A stretch of 64,000 bases of DNA from a virus (IMGVR_UViG_3300046819_000361); one strand, 5' to 3'. Counted from the first letter of the stretch, positions 45,886 through 57,655 are shown. The notes: generated by a model not told the origin, from the sequence alone. Numbers and translations are program-made.

Positions 45886-46899
45886 TTATTTTCCTAATTT
45901 AACAGATGATGCTATTATTTGTTTGTTATTAGTAGATGGCAAGGGGAATGCTATTCCTTGCAACCCATTAACTGTATCAGGTGCATCGATCGTTAAGTTA
46001 TTTATAACTCCAACTATACCAGCACTCGGTAATTCTTTAGTATTTTGTGCAGAATTTATTTGTTCTATTATATTATTAATTACAGAAATATTATTTGTAA
46101 TATTTGATTTTGCAAAACTTGGGCTGTTTGAGCCAGTATCCGATGTACCAACCAATGGACTTGGAGTTACATCATAATGTTCATATCCGAATCCTTCAAC
46201 GTCACCGTTTTCAACAAATCCTGATCCATATGCAATAGCTTCACATCTTATTTTCATCGTAAAATCATGTGTTTTTGATTCAGAATAATCCAATTTATTA
46301 TGATCCCATGAAGTTATTATAGGGTTTATTAATTTGTAACTGACATATTCATGTCTAGCCATTTGATATATCGTAATATAATTGAAGAATGGGTTTGAAC
46401 TGCCATTATCCAAACCATATGAACTGGATATGAAATTAAAATTTTTAGTTGCATTTCTCTTATACGCACTTCCAGATTCGGCAGATGTTGGATCAGCATA
46501 ATAATAACTATAATAGTTCTGCCATAATTTATTAATTACGCCCATATTATCATCTTGGAAAGTTATCGTTATTTCTCCAGGCGTATGCTGTGTTTGAATT
46601 ACTTTTTTTCTATTATATTGATTTACAACTTCATTTGTTATTGTAAAGCTTGGTAAATCAACTGCTTTGACCAGCATATTAATTTCATTCTTATGTCTCT
46701 GTAATAAGCTCGAATCATGACATGCTGAACTACTTATATTAAAAGCAACATGAAATGAAAACTTATGCTTTGGCGCAAGGCGAAATTGATCATCAACAAA
46801 TAGTCTAGCCGCATGCTGTTGATCACGTAAATATATGTTACTATCTTCTTTTAGGAATTTATTAGGTGTAAATGACATATTAATATTTATGTGTTTCAT
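45886..46899 (-). CDS. tail-tube-like / baseplate-tube junction protein
   Basis: LVK.VDLP.F, NQYNRK, ITF.DD, LINP.ITS tube-fold pattern; probable start MSFTP at 46878. Confidence 0.6.
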   Translation of the reverse strand: MKHININMSFTPNKFLKEDSNIYLRDQQHAARLFVDDQFRLAPKHKFSFHVAFNISSSACHDSSLLQRHKNEINMLVKAVDLPSFTITNEVVNQYNRKKVIQTQHTPGEITITFQDDNMGVINKLWQNYYSYYYADPTSAESGSAYKRNATKNFNFISSSYGLDNGSSNPFFNYITIYQMARHEYVSYKLINPIITSWDHNKLDYSESKTHDFTMKIRCEAIAYGSGFVENGDVEGFGYEHYDVTPSPLVGTSDTGSNSPSFAKSNITNNISVINNIIEQINSAQNTKELPSAGIVGVINNLTIDAPDTVNGLQGIAFPLPSTNNKQIIASSVKLGK

Positions 46900-46927
46900 T
46901 AACTTCTAATATAACGAAACACACAAT

Positions 46928-46951
46928 AAAAAACCCACCGAAGTGGGTTTT
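46928..46951 (-). terminator. intrinsic terminator after tail tube gene
   Basis: AAAACCCAC-TTCG-GTGGGTTTTTT on - strand. Confidence 0.85.
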
Positions 46952-46955
46952 ATAA

Positions 46956-47588
46956 TTAAGCACCAAGTGCGTTCGTTGTATTTCTGGATTGTGAAAATCC
47001 AGGAGCACCCAAACTGGCAGATGGACCTACTTGGACACAATTATCCGGTTGAATGGTTAATGATATCATTACTGGATCGTTGGTTTTATATGATAAAGCA
47101 GTAGTATTCCAGTCTGTTTTTTGAATATAACATCCATAACATTCCCAAGTTTCTAATGCAACTGCTTCATTAGTTCCATTACCACCATCTAACATTTCGA
47201 TTCGCATGGTGAATTTATAATCACCGGCACTTGCCGCTGAACTTTGTTCAAAGAAATCGAATTGTTTCTGATTTTGTTCACCAACCAATTTACTGACAGC
47301 TCCGGTAACATCATCACGCAATTTAATAGTCATTGAATTCCATTTTGGTTTACCCGCATAATGAACTTGGCTATTATAAACATCGATCACTACATCTGTA
47401 AACTCTGTACTCGGTCTAGCTGCCTCTGCCACTTGTTTCGTTAATTCAGTTGTGCTACCAGAGACTCCGAAGTTCTCTAAAGAAATTCGGAATCTATAAG
47501 CCAATTTGGGCATTAATAAGCCCTGTGTACTAGCACTTTGGTCAGATGCTAGCGGTACTGTAAAATTTGATAATGCTGCTATTGCCAT
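46956..47588 (-). CDS. tail tube protein (gp19-like)
   Basis: Follows sheath; YAGKPKW...LRDD...WE.YGC. Confidence 0.85.
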   Translation of the reverse strand: MAIAALSNFTVPLASDQSASTQGLLMPKLAYRFRISLENFGVSGSTTELTKQVAEAARPSTEFTDVVIDVYNSQVHYAGKPKWNSMTIKLRDDVTGAVSKLVGEQNQKQFDFFEQSSAASAGDYKFTMRIEMLDGGNGTNEAVALETWECYGCYIQKTDWNTTALSYKTNDPVMISLTIQPDNCVQVGPSASLGAPGFSQSRNTTNALGA

Positions 47589-47601
47589 TTTATTCTCCTT
47601 T

Positions 47602-50600
47602 TTATGATTGACCTAATTTAGCAATAGCACCAGTGTTTTCAATTCTTAATGGAATGTAGATAAATTCCACTGCTTTAACTGGTTCGATTGCAATATCAAC
47701 ATAAAGCTCATTGGCATCGATTCTTGTTGGGGTATTATTAGATGTGTCACATACAACCAAGAAGTCATATAATGCTCTTTGTCCAACTAATTCCAATAAG
47801 AAACTTTCAATTTGTTGTTTAATTTCATTTCTAGTTTGTGTATCGTTTGGTTCAAAAATATATGGTTTAGATATTCTCGCCAATTGAACACGTAAATAGA
47901 TTACCAATCTAGCAACATTAATACGATCCATCGCACTAGCAACTAATTGTCTAGTTTTTTGACCATAATTAACCAACCCGGTTCCAACAATATATGTGAT
48001 CGGATTTACATTAACTTTTTGCAAAGTATCACGCTGTCCAGTATTCAAAGATATTGAATTAAACTCACCTTCTGCAGTAATATATCCAACAGCAGAAGCA
48101 TTAGTAATGCCACCTCTACGTACACCAGCTGGTGCAAACCAAGGGTAACTAACATTATCACTTAATGCAATAGTTCTCAACATCATATGGCTTGGAGGCA
48201 CTGCGATATTGTTACCAATATTATCTCTGGTATATCCCCATGGATAGAATACACCCAAATATGCGTCAGTTGTTACTAAACCATCATCATTGTCCTCAAG
48301 TGCATTATTTTCATTTAATCCCCAATTACTTAATGTAGTTGCATCAGAGGTCAATCTGGCTGGTGAATCACCAACTACAAATGCTGTTAAACCACGATCA
48401 TAATTTAAATTTACTAATGGTTTAATTAATTCTGGATATCCAGGAGCGGCTAGTAGATTAAATACACGTCTGTCTTCATCGCGGATTTGTTGATTACTAT
48501 TAATCAATGCTGCCATTGCTTGAAGAACAACCCCACGCTGTGATTTACGACCAAATGAACCCGATCCATCTGATTGATTGGCGGCTTCACTAATCCATCT
48601 GTGTGGGTAGTATTCAGTCATCGCTTGATTTCCATAACGATGATTAATTTCTAGTGTATTAACATAATTTTTTACGAATTTTTTAACATTAAATCCGCTT
48701 CTTCTCAAATTCCACAGTAACATCCCTTTTGGATATAATGCTGGATCAGGTGCATCAAAATCAACATAATCACTAGATAATAATTCAATAATAGTACCAG
48801 ATGGTGCCGAAATTGCAGTACCACCAGATGTTCCTGATCGTGCATCATGAAATAAAATACCGTTCTCAGTGGTTTGATCAGAATTATCAAGTAATCGCCA
48901 TTGATTATTAAAATCATAAATGTATACCAATGGATAGTTTTCTAAATCTGCTGTACTAATCCACAAGTCACCAATTACTACTGGGGTAACACCATCAGAT
49001 TGGAATTTAGGTTTAGTTACACTGATAATTGGGCCATTAACATCCGTTCCGTAAGAAAAATATGGACTTGCTTCTTTACCAGTACCAATATCACCAGGGA
49101 ATTTATATCCAACCCATTCTGTGCCATTATGTACTAGAATATCAATTTCACTAATATTACTGTCATACCATAATTGACCATCAGCGGCTAATGATGATGG
49201 TGCAGTTGGACTTGCAATTGCAATACCACCTGTTGCGCCAACCGATGTCCAGTTACTTGCATCAAATGAATTAGGAACACCATTCGGTGATGCATACAAG
49301 TTAGCTGTTCTGGTTGGATTAAATATAGTAGAGATTGGTGTATTATTACCATCCACTAAACGAATATCACCACCTTTGTTATGACTAATAACCACACGGT
49401 TTGATGAATCGAGTATTGCTGATACATTTACTAAACTAGCATTATTAATACTGGCAATTAATGCGTTACCAATTTGCACTGCAGTATCACCAGAGGTTAC
49501 ATCAAATGAAATAGTAACAGCTGCACTTAATACATCAGTATTAATTAAACTTTCAGAAATAGTGAACGAGTATGTATTGCCCGGGAATGCACTAGAAGTA
49601 ATTACATCAGATACAATTGTAGTTGCGCCAACATTTTTTCTGCGATATAATTTAAAATTAGCAGATTGTGGATACACAACACTATGCTGAGTCACAGTTG
49701 ATTCTGCATCATTGTATTTCAAATACAGTGTACCAGTAGCAATATTTAACCCACCACCAGTTGCATCAAGAACTTTTAATGCTTCTGTATTATTTTTATA
49801 AATGGAAACACTATCAGTAACCCATTGTTTTTTATTCGCTGAGTAAGTTTGAATATCCCAATTAGCGCCTAAATTAAACGGTGTTGTTTTAACCCAAACT
49901 GCACCAGTTGGAATACCATTATTTGTAGATGGTTTTTCAGTTCGTTTATAAGTTGGGATTTGGGTATGTTTACTAATACTTAAGGCTGGAGCCAAGTAAG
50001 TCGTAGAAGTTAAACCCAATTTAGCTACAGAAGTACCAGACACTGCAATATCAACGCCTGTTGAAAACAATTGTAATTGATTAGTTTCCATACCGGCAGT
50101 AATACCAGCAGCTGTCAACGTAGCATTATTATTAATCGCATTTACAACTGCTGTCAAGGTAGTAATACCAGCGCCAGTGATGTTAACAGTATTAATAGTC
50201 AATACATCAGTAGTTTGTAAAGTAATTGCTGAATTATAAGTTGTTCCTTGAGCAGTCGGCCAACTAGCCACCCATTCAGTCGAACCAACTTTTACCCATT
50301 TAACTAATGACGTAGAATTAGTTTTTGGTTTTTTAAACCAAATAGTATTTAAATTTGTCACCGAAACGATCGCATAACTGCCAATAGTACCAAGTGATGC
50401 TAATGGTGTGTAATCACCACCTTCAAAATCCACTACTTTTACAGTGTCTGTAATCACCAATGGAGTTTGTGCAGTGAATGTTTGACCACCCAATACAGAA
50501 GCAGGCGCTGAATTCCATTGAAAAATACCATAATCAGTAGCTGATGTATCAATCCAAATAGTACCATCTGCTGGTTCACCAGTAGGTGCATCAGCAGATT

Positions 50601-50964
50601 CGGCCAATTGAGCCAAATCAATGTCTGCTCTTACTACATATGCACTATTACTTACACCCAAGAAACTGTAAGCTGCTTGTAACCCATATTCATTCAATTC
50701 ACCAGCATGCACTGGATTATTATTGGCGTCTGTTTGGAATATAGGAGTTCCGAATGTGTCAGATAAATCTTTTTGACTGGTTAGTAAGTAAACTTTTCCA
50801 GCATTTGCTTTTAATGTACCAGGTGCTGTTCCTGTTCCCGCTCCATTCTGTTTGCTTTCTTCAGAAGCAACCACAATTAAAGGGACTGTCCCCGGCGCTG
50901 CAGGTGTGTAAAAACTTTCGTCAATTACCGTTACACTTACGCCAGCTGATTGAAGTTGAGCCAT
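47602..50964 (-). CDS. contractile tail sheath protein (gp18-like)
   Basis: SAGVSV..IDES, WFAPAG.RRG, DRINVARL, FEPND..TR, P.KAVEFI. Confidence 0.95.
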   Translation of the reverse strand: MAQLQSAGVSVTVIDESFYTPAAPGTVPLIVVASEESKQNGAGTGTAPGTLKANAGKVYLLTSQKDLSDTFGTPIFQTDANNNPVHAGELNEYGLQAAYSFLGVSNSAYVVRADIDLAQLAESADAPTGEPADGTIWIDTSATDYGIFQWNSAPASVLGGQTFTAQTPLVITDTVKVVDFEGGDYTPLASLGTIGSYAIVSVTNLNTIWFKKPKTNSTSLVKWVKVGSTEWVASWPTAQGTTYNSAITLQTTDVLTINTVNITGAGITTLTAVVNAINNNATLTAAGITAGMETNQLQLFSTGVDIAVSGTSVAKLGLTSTTYLAPALSISKHTQIPTYKRTEKPSTNNGIPTGAVWVKTTPFNLGANWDIQTYSANKKQWVTDSVSIYKNNTEALKVLDATGGGLNIATGTLYLKYNDAESTVTQHSVVYPQSANFKLYRRKNVGATTIVSDVITSSAFPGNTYSFTISESLINTDVLSAAVTISFDVTSGDTAVQIGNALIASINNASLVNVSAILDSSNRVVISHNKGGDIRLVDGNNTPISTIFNPTRTANLYASPNGVPNSFDASNWTSVGATGGIAIASPTAPSSLAADGQLWYDSNISEIDILVHNGTEWVGYKFPGDIGTGKEASPYFSYGTDVNGPIISVTKPKFQSDGVTPVVIGDLWISTADLENYPLVYIYDFNNQWRLLDNSDQTTENGILFHDARSGTSGGTAISAPSGTIIELLSSDYVDFDAPDPALYPKGMLLWNLRRSGFNVKKFVKNYVNTLEINHRYGNQAMTEYYPHRWISEAANQSDGSGSFGRKSQRGVVLQAMAALINSNQQIRDEDRRVFNLLAAPGYPELIKPLVNLNYDRGLTAFVVGDSPARLTSDATTLSNWGLNENNALEDNDDGLVTTDAYLGVFYPWGYTRDNIGNNIAVPPSHMMLRTIALSDNVSYPWFAPAGVRRGGITNASAVGYITAEGEFNSISLNTGQRDTLQKVNVNPITYIVGTGLVNYGQKTRQLVASAMDRINVARLVIYLRVQLARISKPYIFEPNDTQTRNEIKQQIESFLLELVGQRALYDFLVVCDTSNNTPTRIDANELYVDIAIEPVKAVEFIYIPLRIENTGAIAKLGQS

Positions 50965-51056
50965 AATATATTCTCCATGAACAATTTCTAAATAATTCTC
51001 TTGATGTATTTAGTTGTTTTGGAGATTTTATTGCTATATCATGGCTAATAATCATA

Positions 51057-51677
51057 TTATTTGGAATTTAATAATAAATAAACATTGTTGTATAACTCAT
51101 CAATAGTCCCATTATTATCTATCACTACATCAAAATCTAAACCATGCCATGCCCATTCACTTTCATGTATTCCATATGTTTGACTTAACATTAATTGGTC
51201 AGAACTATTCCCGGCTAATGCACCCGGTACATGTGAAAACCATTCAGGATCAGGCCCTCGCTTTACTCGAACCATTTTCCCACCAGATTTTTGAATAGCA
51301 TTAAATTCATTTGGAAATCTACAGTCAGTAATGATAATATTATCAGTTGATTTGCGTAATCGATTTTCCAAACTTGATAACCATATATCTTGATGAAAGT
51401 TATTTCGGCATACATCCGTTCCCCAATATTGTAAAATCCAGCGTGGGGTTATATCCATGTTCAATCGTTCTGACCACCAGTCATCACGTGTTTCACGCCA
51501 TTCCCGAGATTGTTTTGTGCGCCCTTCTAATAAAGTTCGATCCCATCCAAACACGGCTGCCACCGAATCTTTCAAGGATGATGCAAATGATTCACGACGA
51601 AATTCGTGAAAATTGACCAAGTAATCAGCAACTGTATCTTTACCACCACCAATGTTTCCTGCTACTGCTATAATCAT
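51057..51677 (-). CDS. deoxynucleoside monophosphate kinase (T4 gp1-like)
   Basis: G.IGGGKDT, SFA..LKD, LQ.WGTDV.R, D.RFPNE, H.SE; promoter TTGACA-17-TATAAT at 51728-51700. Confidence 0.9.
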   Translation of the reverse strand: MIIAVAGNIGGGKDTVADYLVNFHEFRRESFASSLKDSVAAVFGWDRTLLEGRTKQSREWRETRDDWWSERLNMDITPRWILQYWGTDVCRNNFHQDIWLSSLENRLRKSTDNIIITDCRFPNEFNAIQKSGGKMVRVKRGPDPEWFSHVPGALAGNSSDQLMLSQTYGIHESEWAWHGLDFDVVIDNNGTIDELYNNVYLLLNSK

Positions 51678-51731
51678 GTTACCTCCGTGTAAAAATTGAA
51701 TTATATCTTACTCGGAGGATGATGTCAATAG

Positions 51732-52517
51732 TTAACCTATCACCCATGTCAAAGGAGTACCACCTGGTACTAGATTTTCTAATTCTTTTTCCAATGCTAC
51801 TATTTCTTCTTTTGCACTCGCTTTCAAATCACTGCCATTTAATTGAATAGATCCAGTTGGCCCGGCAATAGAGGCAAATAAGCTTCTCGCCTCCCCTAAC
51901 ATCATTTTACAAGTAGCTAATGTGTAATCACGTAACCATTGTTTGGCATAGATATCTGTAAGTAACACGAAGTCAGGTCTATAATTATGGGTTCTTAATA
52001 AAATCTGCTCACCTTGTGCAAACGGTCTCTGTAATATAGTAAGAATATGGCTTTGTGGTTTCCATTTGAATTCTATATAACTACCAAACATTCTACCTAC
52101 CAATTTTTGATAACCGGCAAACATTTCATAGGTAGCTAATCCCCCCATCATACTACCACTTAACAGATAAGTGTTAGTATAAGCCAAATTGAACGGTTCA
52201 AATAATGTACCACCCGCACCCAATCCTGAACGCGACCCAATTGCACGACGGAATACACTTTGCACTTCAACAATTTCATCCGGTAGTCTATATTCATTTT
52301 GATCTTGTACCAATTCTAAAAAAATATAACTTTCTTCAACAGCATTTGAACTTCGTTGTCTAAATTTAATTAGTGCTTTATCTAATGCGGTTTCATAATG
52401 AATCGGATCCAAGTCAATATCGATCATACCGTCAGCGAGCATTGCTCTAACATAATCGAATACTTTATTTCTTTCAATAAGTGATGTAGAAGTAGTATCT
52501 GTTAAAATTTCAGTCAT
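51732..52517 (-). CDS. neck protein (gp13-like)
   Basis: WLRDYTLA..K..LGEARS.F..I.GP.G...LNG. Confidence 0.8.
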   Translation of the reverse strand: MTEILTDTTSTSLIERNKVFDYVRAMLADGMIDIDLDPIHYETALDKALIKFRQRSSNAVEESYIFLELVQDQNEYRLPDEIVEVQSVFRRAIGSRSGLGAGGTLFEPFNLAYTNTYLLSGSMMGGLATYEMFAGYQKLVGRMFGSYIEFKWKPQSHILTILQRPFAQGEQILLRTHNYRPDFVLLTDIYAKQWLRDYTLATCKMMLGEARSLFASIAGPTGSIQLNGSDLKASAKEEIVALEKELENLVPGGTPLTWVIG

Positions 52518-52593
52518 TTTTAATCTCCTGTTATATTTATCGAATATACCAGATGATTAGATAGATAAATATGTAATAACTAGGAGAGTTCCA

Positions 52594-53985
52594 TTGCCAA
52601 GATTAAGTATGTTTAAGCCGGAAAAGGGCAATAATTTTAAATTCATAGATCGACAAATTTCACGAATGTTCCAAGCCGGTGGAACCGATGTGTATGTTCA
52701 TAAATTTTTAGGTACATCTAATAATATCGCTGGGTCTGCTGATCAACCAGTTTACACTGAAGATTCCCCCACAAACATTCAAGATCTATTACTTCTAGAA
52801 AATAGAGATAGAAAATATGATCAAGAAATATACCGTATTAGAGGCTATTATAATGTCCAAAATATCGATTTCAATTTAAGTCAATTTGGTTTATTCATAG
52901 ATAATGATACATTATATATGACCGTTCATATTAATGATTTTATTAACTATGTAGGGAGAAAACCATTAAGTGGTGATGTAATGGAATTGCCACATTTAAA
53001 AGATGATTTTGCCCTCAATGATTTTGATGTTAGTCTACCTAGATACTATGTAATTGAAGACGTCGGTAGGGCTAGTGAAGGATTTTCAGCAACATGGTAT
53101 CCTCATTTATATAGATTAAGATTATCAAAAATAACAGATAGTCAACAATTCTCTGATATATTAGATTTACCAGCAAGTGATGGTTCTACACTAACTGTTA
53201 GAGATTTATTAAGTACCCGATCTAAAGAGTTGGAAATTAATGATGCCATATTAAATCAGGCAGAAGTAGATGCGCCATTTAGTGGGTATGAAACTCAACA
53301 ATTCTTTACGTTAGCTGTTGATAAAAATACTGGGGATACCATCATTCAAACCCCAGATAATTTACCAATAGATCCCAATACACCAGTTACTAATCATCGA
53401 CCATTACGATCTGGATATACTGGATATTTGTTAGGCGATGGCATTCCAGTAAATGGATTTGATTTTGGTACTGGAGTTCAATTTCCAGATAATCCACTAA
53501 ATGATGACTTTTTCTTACGGGTAGATTTTTTACCCAATAGATTGTTTAGATTTAATGGTAATAGTTGGTTGCGTGTCGAAGATAAAGTAAGAATGACTAT
53601 GACAAATAATGATAGCAGACAAACTTTGAAAACAAGTTTTATCAATAATCTTTCATACACTTATAATACTCCAGTTGGTACTGATATCGTAAAATTAGAA
53701 ATGGGTGATACCGAAGTTTTCACAAATATAAATTTTCAGACTGCATTATATGTTGTTATATCTTCAAATACAGTCAAATTAGAGTATGCATTTACTGATT
53801 TTCCTGATTTGTTTGATTCTTACACAGTCAATAACTCTGATAAATTAAAGATACTATTACCAATAATAGATAATACAATTCAAGAAATACCTTTTGATGG
53901 TGCTTGGAATGTTACGTTGTATAACTATAGAGAAGAACAGCGCCAAAGTTTATCAAAGGCGTTGCGTCCAGATGCCAACTTTTAA
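52594..53985 (+). CDS. neck/head-closure protein (gp14-like)
   Basis: TTG start after AGGAGA; LSQFGLF, GDV.ELP; late motif GATAAATA at 52564. Confidence 0.7.
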   Translation: MPRLSMFKPEKGNNFKFIDRQISRMFQAGGTDVYVHKFLGTSNNIAGSADQPVYTEDSPTNIQDLLLLENRDRKYDQEIYRIRGYYNVQNIDFNLSQFGLFIDNDTLYMTVHINDFINYVGRKPLSGDVMELPHLKDDFALNDFDVSLPRYYVIEDVGRASEGFSATWYPHLYRLRLSKITDSQQFSDILDLPASDGSTLTVRDLLSTRSKELEINDAILNQAEVDAPFSGYETQQFFTLAVDKNTGDTIIQTPDNLPIDPNTPVTNHRPLRSGYTGYLLGDGIPVNGFDFGTGVQFPDNPLNDDFFLRVDFLPNRLFRFNGNSWLRVEDKVRMTMTNNDSRQTLKTSFINNLSYTYNTPVGTDIVKLEMGDTEVFTNINFQTALYVVISSNTVKLEYAFTDFPDLFDSYTVNNSDKLKILLPIIDNTIQEIPFDGAWNVTLYNYREEQRQSLSKALRPDANF

Positions 53986-53996
53986 GGAGAGTAATC

Positions 53997-55481
53997 TTGC
54001 AATTTTTTTATGATTCACAAATAAGACGATATATAACGCAGACAATTCGTGTCTTTAGTAATTTCGTAGTCAAATACAGTGATGGTTCATTGCACCGCGT
54101 TCCAGTTTTATATGGTGATGCTGACCGCCAAGTCGCAAATATTATGCGTCAAAATTCTGAGAATGCAGTAAACTCAGTCCCAAGAATTAGTATATATGTC
54201 ACAGAATTAAAAATGGATCGAGATAGAATGGCAGATGCCACTTATGTTGGTAAAGTTCATATAAGAGAGCGAGATGAATTTGCTGATGCTTATCAAACTT
54301 CACAAGGTAGAACATATACGGTTGAAAGATTGATGCCAACCCCGTTCAGTTTAAAAATGAAAATAGATATATGGGCATCAAGCACTGATCAAAAATTGCA
54401 AATTTTAGAACAAATATTAGTATTTTTCAACCCTAGCATGGAATTGCAAACATCTGATAATTTTATCGATTGGACTAGTTTAACAGTATTAAATTTAGAT
54501 GATATTACATGGACTAGTAGAACGGTCCCAACCGGAACTAATTTAACTATTGATGTTGCTACAATCACTGTTGATACACCAATATGGATAAGTCCACCAG
54601 TCAAAGTAAAACAGTTAGGTGTTATCACTAATATAATTGCAAATATTCATAAATCAAGCGATGCAAGTCCATATGGATACATTGATGGGTTAGGGGTAGA
54701 CACTACTGGACCAACTATTACTATGTCAGATATTATTACTAATAAACATATCACTATTTCAGAATATAATATTGCAGTTTACGGTAATAATGTTACATTA
54801 CTCGATGAATACACTAATACTGTTCCACCAGAACCTTTTGGTTTACCAGATAATATTCCTAATCCAGTTAGTTGGGTTAAAATTTTGGATGGTTATAATG
54901 GCACTTTTACGCCAGGAGTTAGTAGAATTTATTTACGTCAACCAGATGGATCAGAAATAGTCGGGACGGTTTCAATCGATGATATTACTCCATCCATATT
55001 ATTGGTAGAATGGGACCAAGATACATTGAACACAAATACTGGGATTGATAGCCAAGGTATTTTTGATTACAATCCTGGTTATAATTCAGGCGGAAATAGA
55101 TCTGCTAGTCCGGGCACATTTGACGCAATTGTAAATCCGTTATCGTTTAATCCAAAACGACCAAACAATGAATCTGAAGATCAATTAATCGCTATAGGCA
55201 CTCGATATTTAATAATTGAAGACATTGGTAATCGAATTAATACTGATGGACCTGATGGATGGAAGTCGTCTAATAACGAAGATTTTATTGCATTAGCTAA
55301 CGATATAATAGAATGGAATGGCACAGAATGGAATATTGTTTTTAATTCAATAAAAGAATCTGAATCAATGGTGTGGCAAACAAATATATACACAGGAATA
55401 CAATATTTATGGAATGGTATTTCTTGGAGTAAAAGCTTTGACGGCACATATAGGTCAGGATCATGGAAACTAATATTATAA
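53997..55481 (+). CDS. tail sheath stabilizer/terminator (gp15-like)
   Basis: FFYD.QIRRY, VP..YG, PR.S, QILEQI..FFNP. Confidence 0.8.
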   Translation: MQFFYDSQIRRYITQTIRVFSNFVVKYSDGSLHRVPVLYGDADRQVANIMRQNSENAVNSVPRISIYVTELKMDRDRMADATYVGKVHIRERDEFADAYQTSQGRTYTVERLMPTPFSLKMKIDIWASSTDQKLQILEQILVFFNPSMELQTSDNFIDWTSLTVLNLDDITWTSRTVPTGTNLTIDVATITVDTPIWISPPVKVKQLGVITNIIANIHKSSDASPYGYIDGLGVDTTGPTITMSDIITNKHITISEYNIAVYGNNVTLLDEYTNTVPPEPFGLPDNIPNPVSWVKILDGYNGTFTPGVSRIYLRQPDGSEIVGTVSIDDITPSILLVEWDQDTLNTNTGIDSQGIFDYNPGYNSGGNRSASPGTFDAIVNPLSFNPKRPNNESEDQLIAIGTRYLIIEDIGNRINTDGPDGWKSSNNEDFIALANDIIEWNGTEWNIVFNSIKESESMVWQTNIYTGIQYLWNGISWSKSFDGTYRSGSWKLIL

Positions 55482-55912
55482 AAGACAAAATAATATGCAG
55501 TGGCGCACTGTTTTACGCAAAATCAACCCACAGATTTCTGCTAATTCAGAAAGCAACTGGTAAGCATCAAGGATCGTGGGGATTAGTTGGAGGAACTAAT
55601 TTAATCGGTGAAAATCCTTGGCAAGGATTGCAAAGAGAAGTAATAGAGGAAATTGGATGTTTTCCAGATGTATTAAAAACTATACCATTGGAGACGTTTG
55701 TTTCAAATGACAAAGTATTTAATTTTCATACTTATTTATGCGTGGTCGAGAATGAATTTATCCCACTACTCAGTTCAGAGCATATAGCATGGGCATGGTG
55801 TTCTATAGATTACGCACCAAAACCATTGCATCAAGGTTTAAAGAATAGTTTCTCTAATAAAATTATGAGAACTAAACTTCAAACCATTTTTGATATAATA
55901 GATTTAATATAA
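55463..55912 (+). CDS. NUDIX hydrolase
   Basis: GG....GE......REV.EEIG Nudix box. Confidence 0.85.
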   Translation: METNIIKDKIICSGALFYAKSTHRFLLIQKATGKHQGSWGLVGGTNLIGENPWQGLQREVIEEIGCFPDVLKTIPLETFVSNDKVFNFHTYLCVVENEFIPLLSSEHIAWAWCSIDYAPKPLHQGLKNSFSNKIMRTKLQTIFDIIDLI

Positions 55913-57061
55913 TAAGTGGTTTGATGAACTAACTGGGTATTGTTTTTTCAAAAAATCTAAATTAGTTCTTGAATCGTTAGGTTCATACCACCCATTACCA
56001 GTATGAATATCAAGCACCGATTTGAAAAATTCTTCATACATAACCGCTACCCTATCGAGCGAAAAATTATTAATTGCCCATTCTCTACAATCATATGGGC
56101 TTATTTTGTCAATATTTTTCGCAGCCCATGTAAAATGTTCAAACGTTTTACATCTATATCCGGTAACACCATGAATGTTGTTCTCTGTGAATGCACCCCA
56201 ATCAGTCGTAATGGTCGGTGTACCAGATAATAAGCATTCAATTTGTACACCACCAAATGGTTCATTGTACATACTTGCAACAAATGCTCCCTTTGCTTTG
56301 GACATTAATTTTCTGCGAGTTTCAACATCAGCATATCCGATGACTTCAACATGTGGCGGAATCTCTGTATATCCACAATCTTGTAAGGAATTTTGTCCAG
56401 CTACTAATAATTTAGCACCGATTGCTTCAGTAACTTGGATGGCAACATGAATTCCTTTCCCCTCATATACTCTTCCCAAAAATAGGAAATAATCATCTTT
56501 TTCTGCAGAAAAAGTAAAATCATCTGGATCGAAATAATTAGGAATTACAGTATCATACCAGCCTTGCTTACATGTACCAACTGACTCTAATCCATAGTAT
56601 GCATGGTAAATTGCATATGATTCAAATATTTTGTATCTTGCCCAATGTCCACCTGCATATCCAATACCAGGTTCAACACAAATTAAATCTTGGTGTGCAT
56701 CACAAATTGGTCTGGTGCCTGATCCCCAGAAAGGTAGAATAATATCTAATGGTTGTTTTCTGATTGCAATTTCACGAATTGCATTTTTATAGAATGTTTG
56801 ATATGCATGATCACCAGTATCAAACTTAAAAAAATGTTTACGCCAATCATGATCACCATACGAAATTTTCCAATCTTCGGTCGAGAGTACATTAACATGT
56901 TCTGTACACTCTAAATCAGATTCTTCATGCCCATAATGAATAACAGTATGTCCTCTTTCTATCATCATTTTACTAAATTTTACTACTTTTTGGGTGTACG
57001 CACATGCGACGTACTCTTTACTTGACACTGTATGTGGCAAGCCTAATATATGAAATCTCAT
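55904..57061 (-). CDS. GT-B glycosyltransferase (GT4-like)
   Basis: FLGR...[11 protein letters not shown] (EX7E); start at MRFH after GGAGA. Confidence 0.88.
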   Translation of the reverse strand: MRFHILGLPHTVSSKEYVACAYTQKVVKFSKMMIERGHTVIHYGHEESDLECTEHVNVLSTEDWKISYGDHDWRKHFFKFDTGDHAYQTFYKNAIREIAIRKQPLDIILPFWGSGTRPICDAHQDLICVEPGIGYAGGHWARYKIFESYAIYHAYYGLESVGTCKQGWYDTVIPNYFDPDDFTFSAEKDDYFLFLGRVYEGKGIHVAIQVTEAIGAKLLVAGQNSLQDCGYTEIPPHVEVIGYADVETRRKLMSKAKGAFVASMYNEPFGGVQIECLLSGTPTITTDWGAFTENNIHGVTGYRCKTFEHFTWAAKNIDKISPYDCREWAINNFSLDRVAVMYEEFFKSVLDIHTGNGWYEPNDSRTNLDFLKKQYPVSSSNHLLY

Positions 57062-57062
57062 T

Positions 57063-57638
57063 TTATCTCCATTTTGGACCGTCAAACCAACAGGCTAAAC
57101 TATACCGGATGCCTCTGGTTACTTGAGTTGCTTGATGTAATATAAAGGAAGGAAAAAATACGACAGAACCTTGATTTCTAATATCATCTGGACTGGGATG
57201 GGCACCAACGTCAATGAATTCTAGATTACCCCCATCATACTCTCCCGGGTCAGAAAGTTGCACAACTGCTGTTATTTTTCTATGATATTCTGGATCATTA
57301 TTTAACCAAAAAACATCATGATGTTTTTTATATTCACCCAAATATGAAGAGTCATATTCAGCTAATTGAATATAATCCATTTTTGATATGTGTACTTTAA
57401 ACCATTGATCATTTGCTTCAACGGCCATTTTCCACATTGCATCAAAAAGAAATGCAAAATCAGGATTTGTTTTTTGTATAAAACGAACTTTAGATCTTCG
57501 CCAGTTATTATCAACATGGCCATTATTTAACCCGATTATTGCATCTTGGACAGGCAATTGCAACCCAAGTTCTAATATTTTAGCACATGTTTCTCGATCA
57601 AAATATCGATTATAATAACACCATTCACCTTTCATCAT
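57063..57638 (-). CDS. 2OG-Fe(II) oxygenase (prolyl-hydroxylase/PKHD-like)
   Basis: HHD (HxD), RKIT.VVQLSD..EY.GG, H....VTRG.RYSL..W. Confidence 0.88.
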   Translation of the reverse strand: MMKGEWCYYNRYFDRETCAKILELGLQLPVQDAIIGLNNGHVDNNWRRSKVRFIQKTNPDFAFLFDAMWKMAVEANDQWFKVHISKMDYIQLAEYDSSYLGEYKKHHDVFWLNNDPEYHRKITAVVQLSDPGEYDGGNLEFIDVGAHPSPDDIRNQGSVVFFPSFILHQATQVTRGIRYSLACWFDGPKWR

Positions 57639-57655
57639 TCACCCTTTATAAAATA

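Noticed and set aside
23404-56450. Short antisense or alternate-frame ORFs inside helicase, uvsX, terminase, sheath and other genes
   Set aside because: Fully overlap well-supported conserved genes, with no RBS or recognisable motifs.
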